This document shows, one piece after another, positions 22,607-35,691 of a DNA stretch of 64,000 nucleotides. The notes under the pieces are model-generated. The model made no database searches, was not told the origin of the DNA, and saw only the letters and a program-made list of their open reading frames with translations. Each line of letters begins with the position of its first letter. Positions within the stretch are counted from its first letter, which is position 1. Made by a program: the position numbers and the translations under genes. The DNA comes from Octopus vulgaris (Eukaryota). Location of the stretch: NCBI GenBank assembly GCA_951406725.2, contig OX597817.1, positions 93,806,001 to 93,870,000 of the forward strand. Reading direction: 5' to 3'.

Positions 22607-23122
22607 TTTCAAAGAAAAAGGTAATGTAAAAGGAGAAGAAAGGGGACTCTCTACACCCCCTTTTTTGACCAGGCTCCCGTTGGCTTTTGTAGGGTTTTTT
22701 CCACCGGGAACATTTCGAGACGTCTCCCCCTTTTGGGAGTTTTTCATTGTTGAATTTTATAAGTTGTTATAAAGATTTTTACTCGATGTTTTTAAAAAAA
22801 CGGCAAAACCCTTTGTAAACTTTCGTCCTGTCTTGTCCCTTTATGTAATCATGCGTGTCAGCCCTTGTGGCCAATAAAAAAGAATTGATTATTATTATTA
22901 TTCCTTCCGACGCCGATGGACGTACGTGAATCAGCTCTGTGAGTTTTGTGCCAATTTTATTGGAAATTTTTTAATAAGCTTGAATATTTTTTAATATTTT
23001 TGTAGCCAAACCGACCGGCTTCTTGCGGAGCTCGTCGGTTGGGCGAAATTTTGCCCCATTCGGGGTGAAATTGCTGTCTATCCTTTTGAAATTGACATTT
23101 TTTGCACACACATATTTACAAA

Positions 23123-24154
23123 ATGGCACTGAAACGAGCTGCTGGCTCTTCCCTCCTTCTTGCAACACCCCCTACAAGAACAAAAAAAAATAACGTCACG
23201 GGTTACGTACAACCCATTTCAGGCCGTAAAAGGCAACAAAGCTCCTCCTTCCGAACCGGAGAGCACGCGCTCGGTTCAAAAGGAGAATGCATGCCAGGAC
23301 GTCGCGTTCGACGTCACTCTTGATTTCCCCCTCTGCCTTCAACAAGTGATGCTGTACCGAAGGGGGAGGTAAAGAAAATTATAACAGACACAAACACAGA
23401 CAAGAACCAACAAAAAACTGTAAAAGCTTCTAACGATTTTGCTTCTGCTGCGAAGCAAATTTCGGAAGATGTAGAAATTACAATGGAGGACATAAAAATG
23501 GCACAAGATTTGTTGAGAAAGGAGGGGAACAGTGTTTTCCTCAACACACCTCAACAACTCACACAAGAAACAAGCAAAAGAACAATCTTTTATAAAGTCT
23601 TCGAAAAGAAAACTAAAAGATTGTTTAACGCCACACCACAACAGTTGGAGATGGCTCTGAAGCCCATTTGGGGCCAGAAGAGCTATGTGACAAGAGGGAA
23701 GCGATTTGGAACCGTGGAGGTTCGCTTCCCAACAGAGGAGCTTGCAAGGGCGAACGCCATTTCGCCCTTGCAAAATGAACATTTGTTCCTCGTCCCGACG
23801 TACCTCGGGCGTAAGGTACAAAAAATAACTATAAGCACAATACCCCCGAACAGAAAATCTCATGGCTAGTGGCGGCTGTCCTCTATGGCATAGAGGACAC
23901 TGCCACTATTCTGAATGTTCGGAGGGTACGAGAAAAGAACTGGTCAGGCATGGGTATTCAACTGCTGGTACAGATCCAGCAGGAAAACATCAATGCCATA
24001 CCTGACTTTGTCATCTTGCTGGATGGGACCAGGCTAAATGTTATTGTAGAGGGGCGAAAGCCAAAATGTTTCCTCTGCAGTAGCGAAAGCCACCTAAAAA
24101 GGGACTGCCCCATTCAAAAAAAGAGAATGGAGGAGTATAGCAAGAGGCAGCAGC

Positions 24155-24189
<35 letters not shown>

Positions 24190-25008
24190 GCAACAACAAC
24201 AGAAACAACAAAAACAGCAAGAAAAACCAAAGGCTGCCACACCACCAACACCATCACCAACACCAGCACCAAGACGAACAACACCACCTCCAACAACAAC
24301 AACCACCACCAAACCAACACCGACAACCACCACCAAACCAACACCGACACCAGTACCTCGAAGGTCGACAGCAGCGACATCAACAGTAACAGGAGCAGCG
24401 GCACCACCGATACCGGTGGAACCAGAAACTTTTCGTCCTGCTACTGAAGCAGACCCCTCAACCATTCCTTTGCCGGATGAAGAGATCGGATTGTGCGAGC
24501 TCTGATTCCAACAAAGGAGAATGGAATATAGTGCCTCCAAAGAAGAAAAGGAGGAAGAAACAAAAAGATTTACAGGGGAAGCACGAACAAATAGTACTTC
24601 CCAACATCAACAACAACAAACAACAACACACACTCACAACAACAAACAACAACAACACTTTCGACACCACTACTGCCACTACCACAGACACAAACAAACA
24701 CAGACACAATTACAGACACGATTACAGCAGTGAATACAAAGAAACCAGGAACTGGTTGAGTATTTGAAAAACAAAACTAGTACAAACATTACAGATTTCA
24801 TCATACCTACACAAAACACACCACCAGCACACATTCTCACAATAAAAATAAATGCAAAACAGTGTACATATGAAAAATCAAACAAATATTCCCTAACGAT
24901 GTGGGATCGCTAGGGAAAAGTTTCTCGAAGAAACTTTACAAAAACATTATTGAAGCACCCGTGCAAAAGCACAAGGGAGCCACCCCCACCACCAACAACA
25001 GTAAGTAG
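23123..25008 (+). CDS. ORF1, multiple indels
   Basis: Fragments match consensus ORF1, including the CCHC knuckle. Confidence 0.7.
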
Positions 25009-25047
25009 AGCCTTTTTTCTCCTTTTTTTTTCCCTAACTTTTGAAAC

Positions 25048-28000
25048 ATGGCAAATCTTAGAATCGGTTGCTTGAATGTGAGAGGCCTCGGGTCACCTTG
25101 GAAACAGGGTCACCTGTTAAACGACCTGAGGTTTCATGATGTGGATGTAGCAGCCATCAGTGAAACCAGGCTCTCCGACCCGCAGGAACTCGCAGCCCTT
25201 TTCGGCGGATACGAGATATTTCTATCTCCGTGTCGGCCGGGAGCGGGCGGTGGTGGTACTGCGGTGTTGTTTCGGAAGGGCCTGGACCTGAAAATAAGGA
25301 CAGTCTTCTTGGATCCGGAAGGTAAGTTGGTGGTCCTCGACGTCGACGGTAGTGACGGCGGTGCTTTCAGACTGCTGGCTGCCTACGCTCCGACAGGAGC
25401 AGGGCAGTCGGATTATTTCAAACGTCTGGAAGTTTTCCTGGGAACGTCACGCACTCTAGTACTAGTTGGGGATTGGAACGCTGTCTTAGACGAACGTTTC
25501 GATCGGGTGGGCAGGGGAGCGTCTGATAGGAGAGGGGGGGGTGCAAGAGCCTCGCCAACCTACTCGGCCGCTTTCAGCTGTCCGACAGGTTTCGACTAGA
25601 CAACCCGAATGTGCCAATGTGGACTTGGACAAACCGCATCGGGTCGTCTAGATCGTACTTAGATAGAGTGTTTTGTAGGCCAGCGGATAAGGACAGCGTA
25701 GGGTGTCCACAATTCCACCTAGTCGAATATACGGACCACAAATTAGTGATCTGTACGGTCGACTTAGATAGGCTACATAGACAGGGACCCGGCTACTGGA
25801 AGCTGAACGCGTCGTTAACGGCGTGCAAAGCTTACAGAGACCGGATTAGTTTACTAGTTAAGCGGGCGCTCACGGGGGCAATCATCAACAACAACTGGTG
25901 GTTTGCCCTCAAGAGAGCAATTAGAGTAGAGTCGATTAGGTATAGTAAGACTCTAGCTATTGAACGTAGGAAGAGAGAGCGGGATTTAGTTAAGAAACTA
26001 GACGAGGCTCTTGACACTGGCATCGCGACCGACGTGTTGGCGGCAAGGTTGGCCCTCGACCAACACTTCGACGCCAAACACGAAGGCTGCGTTGTCAGAG
26101 CTAAGGCACGTTCGCTAAGCGGGGAGGGGACTAGAGCCGCTCGATGGGCCCGCGTGGCGGAGGCGAAGCGAGGCAACAGAGCAACCATTCGGTCTTTGGT
26201 GGACCAGAACGGGCGCGAGGTTACCCAACCGAAGCAGATGTGTACGGTGCTTCAGCGGCACTTTGCTCAACTGTTTGGGACGAGCGGTGGAACGGACACC
26301 AACGGTACAGACTTCGGTGTGTACCTGGACGGACTGCCGCAACTCTCGGACAGCGAGGCAGAGTGCTGCGAAGGACCGATATCTGCCTGGGAAGTACAGG
26401 AAGCGATGAAGAGTTGCACGAGAGGTAGATCGCCGGGTTTGGATGGTCTGCCCTACGAGCTTTACTTTTCAATGCCAGACTTGTTTGCGGACCTGTTGGC
26501 AAACGTCTACTGCAACTGGCAGCAAAACGGGAGAATTCCTGCTTTTGTCTGTCGAGGGGTGGTGGCTTTGCTAAAGAAGGACCCAAACAAGGGGGACGTT
26601 ATAGGGAATTTCCGGCCCATCACTCTGCTCAATGCAGAGTTGAAGATTTTGGCCAAGGTGCTAGCCAAGAGATTGGCGCTTGTCGTGGACAAGCTGGTCG
26701 GCGGGACGCAGACATGCGCCGTGCCGACCAGGTCGATACACGACAACCTCCATCTCATGCGCTACATCATAGAGAGGGTGGGTAACGACGCTGGCGCGGG
26801 TGGGGCTTTGATCAACTTGGATCAGAGTAAAGCCTTCGATAGGGTCGACCATCGGTACCTGGCAGCTGTCCTCAAGGCAGCCGGCTTCGGTCCAGTCTTC
26901 CGCGGGTGGATCGCTGCTTTATACAGCAACATCTGCTCGGTGATACGGGTGAACGGTCACCTTTCGGAACCGTTCGACATCTCGCGTTCGGTCCGCCAAG
27001 GATGCCCTCTCTCCTCCCTCTTGTACATTTTGACTCTCGAGCCATTACTGCGCAAGTTGGAGGCTTTGAGGGGTATCCCGCGCGATCTAGGAGGCGGAAA
27101 CAGCGTGTCTGCTTATGCCGACGACGTCACCGTGGTGGTGTCGAGCCACAGGCACATTGGCCTGATTGGCGAGACGCTAAACCAGTACGAAGCGGTGACA
27201 GGGGCAAAGATTAACGCGGAAAAGTCTGTGGGCTTGCAACTGGGCACCTGGAGAGGCAAGCCCATGCCGTCCAACAGCGTCGTAGGGCGCTGGACAGACG
27301 GACCCGTTAAACTGCTCGGGGTCTGGTTCGGTCCGGACCTCCAGGTGGATAAGAACTGGGAAGAGGTGACGAGCAGGGTGGCACGTCTCACCCAGAAATG
27401 GGCCGAGAGGAAGCTGTCCCTGAAAGGTCGAGCGGAGGTGGCGAATGCGTACATCGCATCCGTCATCTATTACCGCTTGACCGTCGTCCCTTGTCCCGAC
27501 CGCTGGTTGGCCAAGCTGGTACGCCTGCTCTTCGACTTTTTGTGGAAGGGTCAGGTGCCACTGGTCAGGCGATCCATCTGCTGTCAACGACCGCTGAACG
27601 GAGGCCTTGGAATGCCGTGGTTGCTGTTGCGCAGACATGCGCTCAGGCTACGGCATCTCAAGCGCTTCCTAGACGGTGAACAGGTGTGGTCGTCTTTTGT
27701 CAGACGCGATTTTCCGCAGCTCGTCTCTTTGACGGAGCTGCAGACCTGGATCAAACGTAGACCGAGAAAGGGCGCTTGGCACCTCGAGTGCCGTCAAGCC
27801 CTCTCCGCCCTCCACCAGGCGGGCAATGCGGTCGGTTACAGCTCCACTCTAGCGTTCTATAGAGGGTTAGTGGAGGAAAAATGCGACGACGTTCTCGGGG
27901 AAACTCTAGGCGTTGAAGATGATGAACTGTGCGGTCTGTTCGGGAGGACTTTCGGGCCGGGGCCGATGGATAATTTCCAGAGGTCTCTCGCTTGGCAGTG

Positions 28001-28481
28001 CTACCGAGAGGCTCTGCCTGTTCGAGATAAACTCTACCGGCACGGAAGTGCCGTCAGCCGGGCCTGCCCGAGGTGTTGCCAGGACGATGAAACCGTTCTG
28101 CACGCACTCGTTCAGTGCCCGAGTATTGCTGAAATATGGGTTTATGTCGAACAGCTACTGTCACGTGTAGGACGGATCCGACTATCGGCCGAATCCATAG
28201 TGAAGATTGCCCCGCCGACCTCCTTTAACAAGGAGGGCGAGGCCGTTTTCTTGTGCCTTGTGGCTGTGGCGAAAGAAGTTGTGTGGTGGACTCGTTTGAA
28301 AGGGCTAAAGTCAGACACTTTCCTCTTTGGTCAAGGCCTCATCAACTTTTTCAAGTTTCACTTGAAAAGGAAGATGAGGTTAGAGAGGAAAGTGCTGTCC
28401 GATAGCAAGTTTTATGAAAGGTGGGTGAATTGTGCGAGACTGGCCTGTATAAATGGACCAGTTCTCAGGTTTCGCCTGTGA
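25048..28481 (+). CDS. ORF2 APE-RT with one frameshift in a G-run near 25535
   Basis: 183-aa and 956-aa pieces with all catalytic motifs. Confidence 0.9.
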
Positions 28482-28771
28482 TTTCAAAGAAAAAGGTAAT
28501 GTAAAAGGAGAAGAAAGGGGACTCTCTACACCCCCTTTTTTTGACCAGGCTCCCGTTGGCTTTTGTAGGGTTTTTTCCACCAGGAACCTTTCGAAACGTC
28601 TCCCCCTTTTGGGAGTTTTTCATTGTTGAATTTTATAAGTTGTTATAAAGATTTTTACTCGATGTTTTAAAAAAACGGCAAAACCCTTTGTAACCTTTCG
28701 TCCTGTCTTGTCCCTTTATGTAATCATGCGTGTCAGCCCTTGTGGCCAATAAAAAAGAATTGATTATTATT

Positions 28772-29995
28772 CCTTCCGACGCCGATGGACGTACGTGAAT
28801 CAGCTCCGTGAATTTGACACCAATTTCATTGGAAATCATTTGATAAGTTTGAATATTTTTAAATATTTTTGTAGCCAAACCGACCGGCTTCTTGCGGAGC
28901 TCGTCGGTTGGGCGAAATTTTGCCCCATTCGGGGTGAAATTACTGTCTATCCTTTTGAAATTGACATTTTTTGCACACACACATTACAAAATGGCACTGA
29001 AACGAGCTGCTGGCTCTTCCTCCTTCTTGCAACACCCCCTACAAGAACAAAAAAAAATAACGTCACGGGTTACGTACAACCCATTTCAAGCCGTAAAAGG
29101 CAACAAAGATCCTCCTTCCGAACCGGAGAGCACGCGCTCGGTTCAAAAGGAGAATGCATGCCAGGACGTCGCGTTCGACGTCACTCTTGATTTCCCCCTC
29201 TGCCTTCAACAAGTGATGCTGTACCGAAGGGGGAGGTAAAGAAACTTGTAACAGACACAAACACAGACAAGAACCAACAAAAAACTGTAAAAGCTTCTAA
29301 CGATTTTGCTTCTGCTGCGAAGCAAATTTCGGAAGATGTAGAAATTACAATGGAGGACATAAAAATGGCACAAGATTTGTTGAGAAAGGAGGGGAACAGT
29401 GTTTTCCTCAACACACCTCAACAACTCACACAAGAGACAAACAAAAGAACAATCTTTTATAAAGTCTTCGAAAAGAAAACTAAAAGATTGTTTAACGCCA
29501 CACCACAACAGTTGGAGATGNNNNNNNNNNNNNNNNNNNNNNNNNNNNNNNNNNNNNNNNNNNNNNNNNNNNNNNNNNNNNNNNNNNNNNNNNNNNNNNN
29601 NNNNNNNNNNNNNNNNNNNNGGCAGGTTTTGTGAAGGGTGGGTGAATTGTGCGAGACTGGCCTGTATAAATGGACCAGTTCTCAGGTTTCGCCTGTGATT
29701 TCAAAAAAAAGGTAATGTAAAAGGAGAAGAAAGGGGACTCTCTACACCCCCTTTTTTTGACCAGGCTCCCGTTGGCTTTTGTAGGGTTTTTTCCACCGGG
29801 AACATTTCGAGACGTCTCCCCCTTTTGGGAGTTTTTCATTGTTTTTAATAATCATTGTTTAAAGTTTTTTACACGGATTTTTTAACAAACGGACAAAACC
29901 CTTTGTAACCTTTCGTCCTGTCTTGTCCCTTTATGTAATCATGCGTGTCAGCCCTTGTGGCCAATAAAAAAGAATTGATTATTATTATTATTATT
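28772..29995 (+). mobile_element. Tx1-clade element(s): 5' end of one copy and 3' end of a copy, separated by an assembly gap
   Basis: 5' UTR and ORF1 start to 29520, N100 at 29521-29620, then ORF2 C-terminus, 3' UTR and (ATT)6. Confidence 0.9.
29521..29620. other. Assembly gap (100 N) inside the array; true copy number unknown
   Basis: Run of 100 n. Confidence 0.99.
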
Positions 29996-30215
29996 CCTTC
30001 TCGAGAGGACGGACGTGTGTAAAGCTGCTCCGTAAGTTTTCTGCCAATTTGATTGGAAATTTCTGTAAAAGTTTTTATATTTTTCGATATTTATGTGGCT
30101 AAGCCAACTAACTTCTAGCGGAGCTAGTTGGCTCGGCAAAATTTTACCCCATTGGGGGTAAAATTACTGTTTGAACTTTACAATTGCAAAAATTTTACAA
30201 ACATTTTAAAACAAA

Positions 30216-32129
30216 ATGGCTATGAAGAGACCAGTCGGCTGTTCCCTTATACCATGAATACCCCCTCCACAACACACACATCACCAAACACGGTTCCAAA
30301 CCGCCCACTTCGCGCCATAAAAGGCAACAAAAATTTTCCTTTCGAAGCAGTAAGCACGTGCAGCGTTCGAAAGGAGAAAGAAAATAAGGACGTCACTTTC
30401 GACGTCATTGAAGATTTCCCTCCTCTTCCCTCCACCAATGCTCCGTTACCGGAGAAGGAGGGAAGAAAAAGCGTTCCAAATAAAAGTGACAACGATGGCG
30501 TCACCTTTGACGTCATCGAAGATTTTCCTTCTCTTCCCTCCACCAGTGCTCCAGTACCGGAGAAGGAGGGAAAGAAAATGACCAGCAACCACACTGACAC
30601 CACCACCAGCAACAACAGTGAAAGCCATCGTAGCAATTTCGCCTCCATTGCAAAACAAAGCTCGGAGGAAGTAAACATTACGATGGAGGAAATCAAAAGC
30701 GCAAAGGAGTTGTTGAGGAAAGAGGGGAACAGTGTTTTCCTCAATACACCTCAACAACTCATACATGACACTAACAAAAAGACAATATTTTACAAGGTTT
30801 TCGACAGAAAAAACAAAAAAACTAATTAACGCAACACCACAGCAATTTGAAATAGCTCTAAAGCCCATATGGGGCAAAAAGAGCTATGTCACCAGAGGAA
30901 AGCGTTTCGGAACCGTGGAGGTTCGTTTCCCAACAGAGGAGGATGCAAGGGAGCATGCCATTTCGCCCTTGCAAAATGAAAATTTGTTACTCGTTCCAAC
31001 GTACCTCGGGCGGAGAGTAACGAAAATAAAAATCGACCTAGTCCCCCCCCGAACTAAATATATCATGGTTGGTGGCGGCTGTCATCTATGACATAGAGGA
31101 CACTGCCACTATTCTGGATGTACGGAGAGTGAGGAAAAAACTTGTCAGGTATGGGAGTTCAACTGCTGGTACAAATCCAGCAGGAAAACATTAATGCCAT
31201 ACCTGACTCGGTAAATTTTCCGGACGGCACCAGGCTGCACGTTGCTGTGGAGGGGCGAAAGCCAAAATGCTACCTCTGCAGGAGTGAAAGCCACCTTAAA
31301 AGGGACTGCTCCATTTACAAGAAAAGAATGGAGGCAGACGGCAAGAGAGCAGCAGCAACAACAACAACAGAAACAACAACAGCACGAAACACCACCAACA
31401 CCATCACCACCACCACGACGAACGACACCACCTCCAACAACCACCAAACCAACACCAACCCCAACACCAAGAAAAACAACAACAAAAAAGGAAGAAGAAT
31501 CACCGACACCGTTACCATCATCAACAGATACAGCAACACCACCGCTACCAACAGAACCAACAATTTTTCGCCCTGCTGCTGAAGCGGACCCGACAGCCAT
31601 CCCCTTTCCGGATCAGGACAGCTCGGATTGTGCGAGCACAGATGCCGAGAAAGGTGAATGGCACACAGTGCCTTCGAAGAAGAAGAGGAGGAAGAAGCAA
31701 AAAGAAGACACACAGGGGAAGCACAAACAAATAGGGCTTCCCAACATCAACAACAACAACAACAGCAGACACACTCACAACAACAAACACCAACACTTTC
31801 GACACCACTACTGCCACTGCCACACACACCAACACACACAGACACGATTACAGCCATAAACACAAAAAAATGAAAAACTGGTTTCATATATAAAAGACAA
31901 CACAAGCACAAACATTACAGATTTCATAATACCTACACACAACACTCCACCAGCACACATTCTCACCATTAAAATTAACCAAAAGACATACAGTGACATA
32001 AAACAGAAATTCCCTAACGATGTCGGATCGCTAGGGAGAAGTTTCTCAAAGAAACTTTATAAAAATATTGTGGAAACACCCGTGCAAAAGCACAAGGGAG
32101 CCAACCCCACCACCAACAACAGTAAGTAG
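30216..32129 (+). pseudogene. ORF1 of old copy, frameshifted
   Basis: CYLCRSESHLKRDC knuckle, PSKKKRRKK, ends PTTNNSK*. Several indels. Confidence 0.8.
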
Positions 32130-32167
32130 AGCCTTTTTCTCCTTTTATTTTTTGTCACCTTTGAAAC

Positions 32168-35100
32168 ATGGCAAAACTTAGAATCGGTTGCTTGAATGTG
32201 AGAGGCCTCGGGTCACCTTGGAAACAGGGTCACCTGTTAAACGACCTGAGGTTTCATGATGTGGATGTAGCAGCCATTAGTGAAACCAGGCTCTCCGACC
32301 CGCAGGAACTCGCAGCCCTTTTCGGCGGATACGAGATCTTTCTATCTCCGTGTCAGCCGGGAGCGGGCGGTGGTGGTACTGCAGTGTTGTTTCTGAAGGG
32401 CCTGGACTTGAAAATAAGGACAGTCTTCCTGGATCCGGAAGGTAAGTTGGTGGTCCTCGACGTAGACGGTAGTGACGGTGGTGCTTTAAGACTGCTGGCT
32501 GCCTACACTCCGACAGGAGCAGGGCAGTCGGATTATTTCAAACGTCTGGAAGTTTTCCTGGGAACGTCACGCACTCTAGTGCTAGTTGGGGATTGGAACG
32601 CTGTCTTAGACGAACGTTTCGATCGGGTGGGCAGGGGAGCATCTGATAGGAGAGGGGGGTGCAAGAGACTCGCCAACCTACTCGGGCGCTTTCAGCTGTC
32701 CAACAGGTTTCGACTAGACAACCCGAATGTGTCAATGTGGACTTGGACCAATCGCATCGGGTCGTCTAGATCGTACTTAGATAGAGTGTTTTGTAGACCA
32801 GCGGATAAGGACAGCATAGGGTGTCCACAATTCCACATAGTCGACTACACGGACCACAAATTCGTGATCTGTACAGTCGACTTAGATAAGCTACATAGAC
32901 AGGGACCCGGCTACTGAAAGCTGAACGCGTCGTTAACGGCGTGCAAAGCTTACAGAGACCGGATTAGTTTACCAGTTAAGCGGGCGCTCACGGGGGCTAT
33001 CATCAACAACAACTGGTGGTTTGCCCTCAAGAGAGCAATTAGAGTAGAGTCGATTAGGTTTAGTAAGACTCTAGGTATTGAACGTAGGAAGAGAGAGCGG
33101 GATTTAGTTAAGAAACTAGACGAGGCTCTTGAGACTGGCATCGCGACCGACGTTTTGGCGGCAAGGTTGGCCCTCGACCAACACTTTGACACCAAACACG
33201 AAGGCTGCGTTGTCAGAGCTAAGGCACGTTCGCTAAGCGAGGAGGGGACTAGAGCCGCTCGATGGGCCCGCGTGGCGGAGGCGAAGCGAGGCAACAAAGC
33301 AACCATTCGGTCTTTGGTGGACCAGAACGGGCGCGAGGTTACCGAACCGAAGCAGATGTGTGCGGTGTTTCAGCGGCGCTTTGCTCAACTGTTTGGGACG
33401 AGCGGTGGAACGGACAACGGTACAGACTTTGGTGTGTACCTGGACGGCCTGCCGCAACTCTCGGACAGCGAGGCAGAGTGCTGCGAAGGACGAAGAGTTG
33501 CACGAGAGGTAGATCGCCGGGTTTGGATGGTCTGCCCTACGAGCTTTACACTTCAATGCCAGACTTGTTTGCGGGCCTGTTGGCAAACGTCTACTGCAAC
33601 TGGCAGCAAAACGGGAGAATTCTTGCTTTTGTCTGTCGAGGGGTGGTGGCTTTGCTGAGAAAGGATCCAAACAAGGGGAACATTATAGGGAATTTTCGGC
33701 CCATCACTCTGCTCAATGCAGAGTTGAAGATTTTGGCCAAGGTGCTAGCCAAGAGATTGGCGCTTGTCGTGGACAAGCTGGTTGGCAAGATGCAGACATG
33801 CGCCGTGCCGACCAGGTCGATACACGACAACCTCCATCTCATGCGCTACATCATAGAGAGGGTGGGTAACGAAGCTGGCGTGGGTGGGGCTTTGACCAAT
33901 TTAGATCAGAGTAAAGCCTTCGATAGGGTCGACCATCGGTACCTGGCAGCTGTTCTCAAGGCAGCTGGCTGCAGTCCAGTCTTCCGCGGGTGGATCACTG
34001 CTTTATACTGCAATGTCTGCTCGGTGATACGGGTGAACTGTCACCTTTTGGAACCGTTTGACATCTCGCGTTCGGTCCGCCAAGGGTGCCCTATCTCCTC
34101 CCTCTGGTACATATTGACTCACGAGCCATTACTGCGCAAGTTGGAGGCTTTGAGGGGTATCCCGCGCGATCTAGGAGATGGAAACAGCGTGTCTGCCTAT
34201 GCCGACGAGGTCACCGTGATGGTGTCGAGCCACAGGCACATTGGCCGGATTGGCGAGACGCTAAACGAGTACGAAGCGGTGACAGGGGTAAAGACTAACG
34301 CGGAAAAGTCTGTGGGCTTGCAACTGGACACCTGGAGAGGCAAGACCATGCCGTCCAACAGCGTCGTAGGGCGCTGGACAGATGGACCCGTTAAACTGTT
34401 CGGGGTCTGTTTCGGTCCGTACCTCCAGGTGGATAAAAACTGGGAAGAAGTGACGAGCAGGATGGCACGTATCACCCAGAAATGGGCCGAGAGGAAGCTG
34501 TCCGTGAATGGTCGAGCGGAGGTGGCGAATGCGTACATCGCATCCGTCATCTATTACCGCTTAACCGTCGTCCCTTGTCCCGACCACTGGTTGGCCAAGA
34601 TGGTACGCCTTCTCTTCGACTTTTTGTGGAAGGGTCAGGTACCACTGGTCAGGCGATCCATCTGCTGTCAACGACCGCTGAACGGAGGCCTTGGCATGCC
34701 GTGGTTACTGATGCGCAGACATGCGCCCAGGCTGCAAATCTCAAGCGTTTCCTAGACGGTGAACAGGGGTCGTCTTTTGTCAGACGCGACTTTCCGCAGC
34801 TCGTCTCCTTGACAGAGCTGCAGACCTGGATCAAACGTAGACCGAGAAAGGGCGCTTGGCACCACGAGTGCCGTCAAGCTCTCTCCGCCCTCCGCCAAGC
34901 GGGCAATGCGATCTGCGATCGGTTTTAGTTCCACTCTAGCGTTCTATAGAGGGTTAACTCTAGGCGTTGATGATAACGAACTGAGCGGTCTGTTCGGAAG
35001 GACTTTCGGGCCGGGGCTAATGGATAATTTCCAGACGTCGCTCGCCTGGCAGTGCTACCGAGGGGCTCTGCCTGTTCGGGATAAACTCTACCGGCACGGA

Positions 35101-35411
35101 AGTGCCGTCAGCCGGGTCTGCCCGAGGTGTTGCCAGGACGACGAACCGTTCTGCACACACTCGTCCAGTGCCCGAATATTGCTGAACTATGGGTTTATGT
35201 CGAACAGCTACTGTCACGTATAGGACGGATCCAGCTATCAGCTGAATCCATAGTGAAGATTGCCCCGCCGACCTCCTTCAACAAGTTACAGTTGAAAAGG
35301 AAGATGAGGTTAGAGAGGAGAATGCTATCTGATAGCAAGTTTTCTGAAAGGTGGGTGAATTGTGCAAGAATGGCCAGTGTAAATGGACCAATTCTCAGGT
35401 TTCACCTGTAA
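32168..35411 (+). pseudogene. ORF2 of old copy, inactivated
   Basis: TGG>TGA at 32915-32917, YADD>YADE, and deletions near 33490, 34955 and 35285. Confidence 0.9.
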
Positions 35412-35691
35412 TTGAAAAAGGTATTATTAAAGGAGAAAGGGGCTCTCTACCCACCTTCTGACCAGGCTTCCGTGGCTTTTATGGGTTTTTCCACGTGAGA
35501 CCTTTTCTTTTTTCGTAACGCCTCCCCCTATTGGGAGTTTTTCGTTGTTATATTTTCGTTGTTAAACTGCCTTTTTACTCGATTGTTTCAAAAACCGACA
35601 AAACCTTTTGTAACCTTTTGTCCTGTTTTGTCCCTTTATGTTTTCTAATCATATTTGTCAGCCCTTGTGGCCAATAAAAAGAATTAATTAA

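Larger units (their letters stand above)
17039..22902 (+). mobile_element. Tx1-clade element, array copy 4, full length
   Basis: Same termini; ends (ATT)5. Confidence 0.95.
22903..28771 (+). mobile_element. Tx1-clade element, array copy 5, full length, slightly more variant
   Basis: Same termini; ends (ATT)3. Extra substitutions and indels at 24410-24950 and 27900-28300. Confidence 0.95.
29996..35690 (+). mobile_element. Older diverged Tx1 subfamily copy terminating the array, full length but decayed
   Basis: Starts CCTTCTCGAGAGGACGGACGT. Divergent 5' UTR and ORF1, ORF2 with a stop and deletions. Ends GCCAATAAAAAGAATTAATT. Confidence 0.93.
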
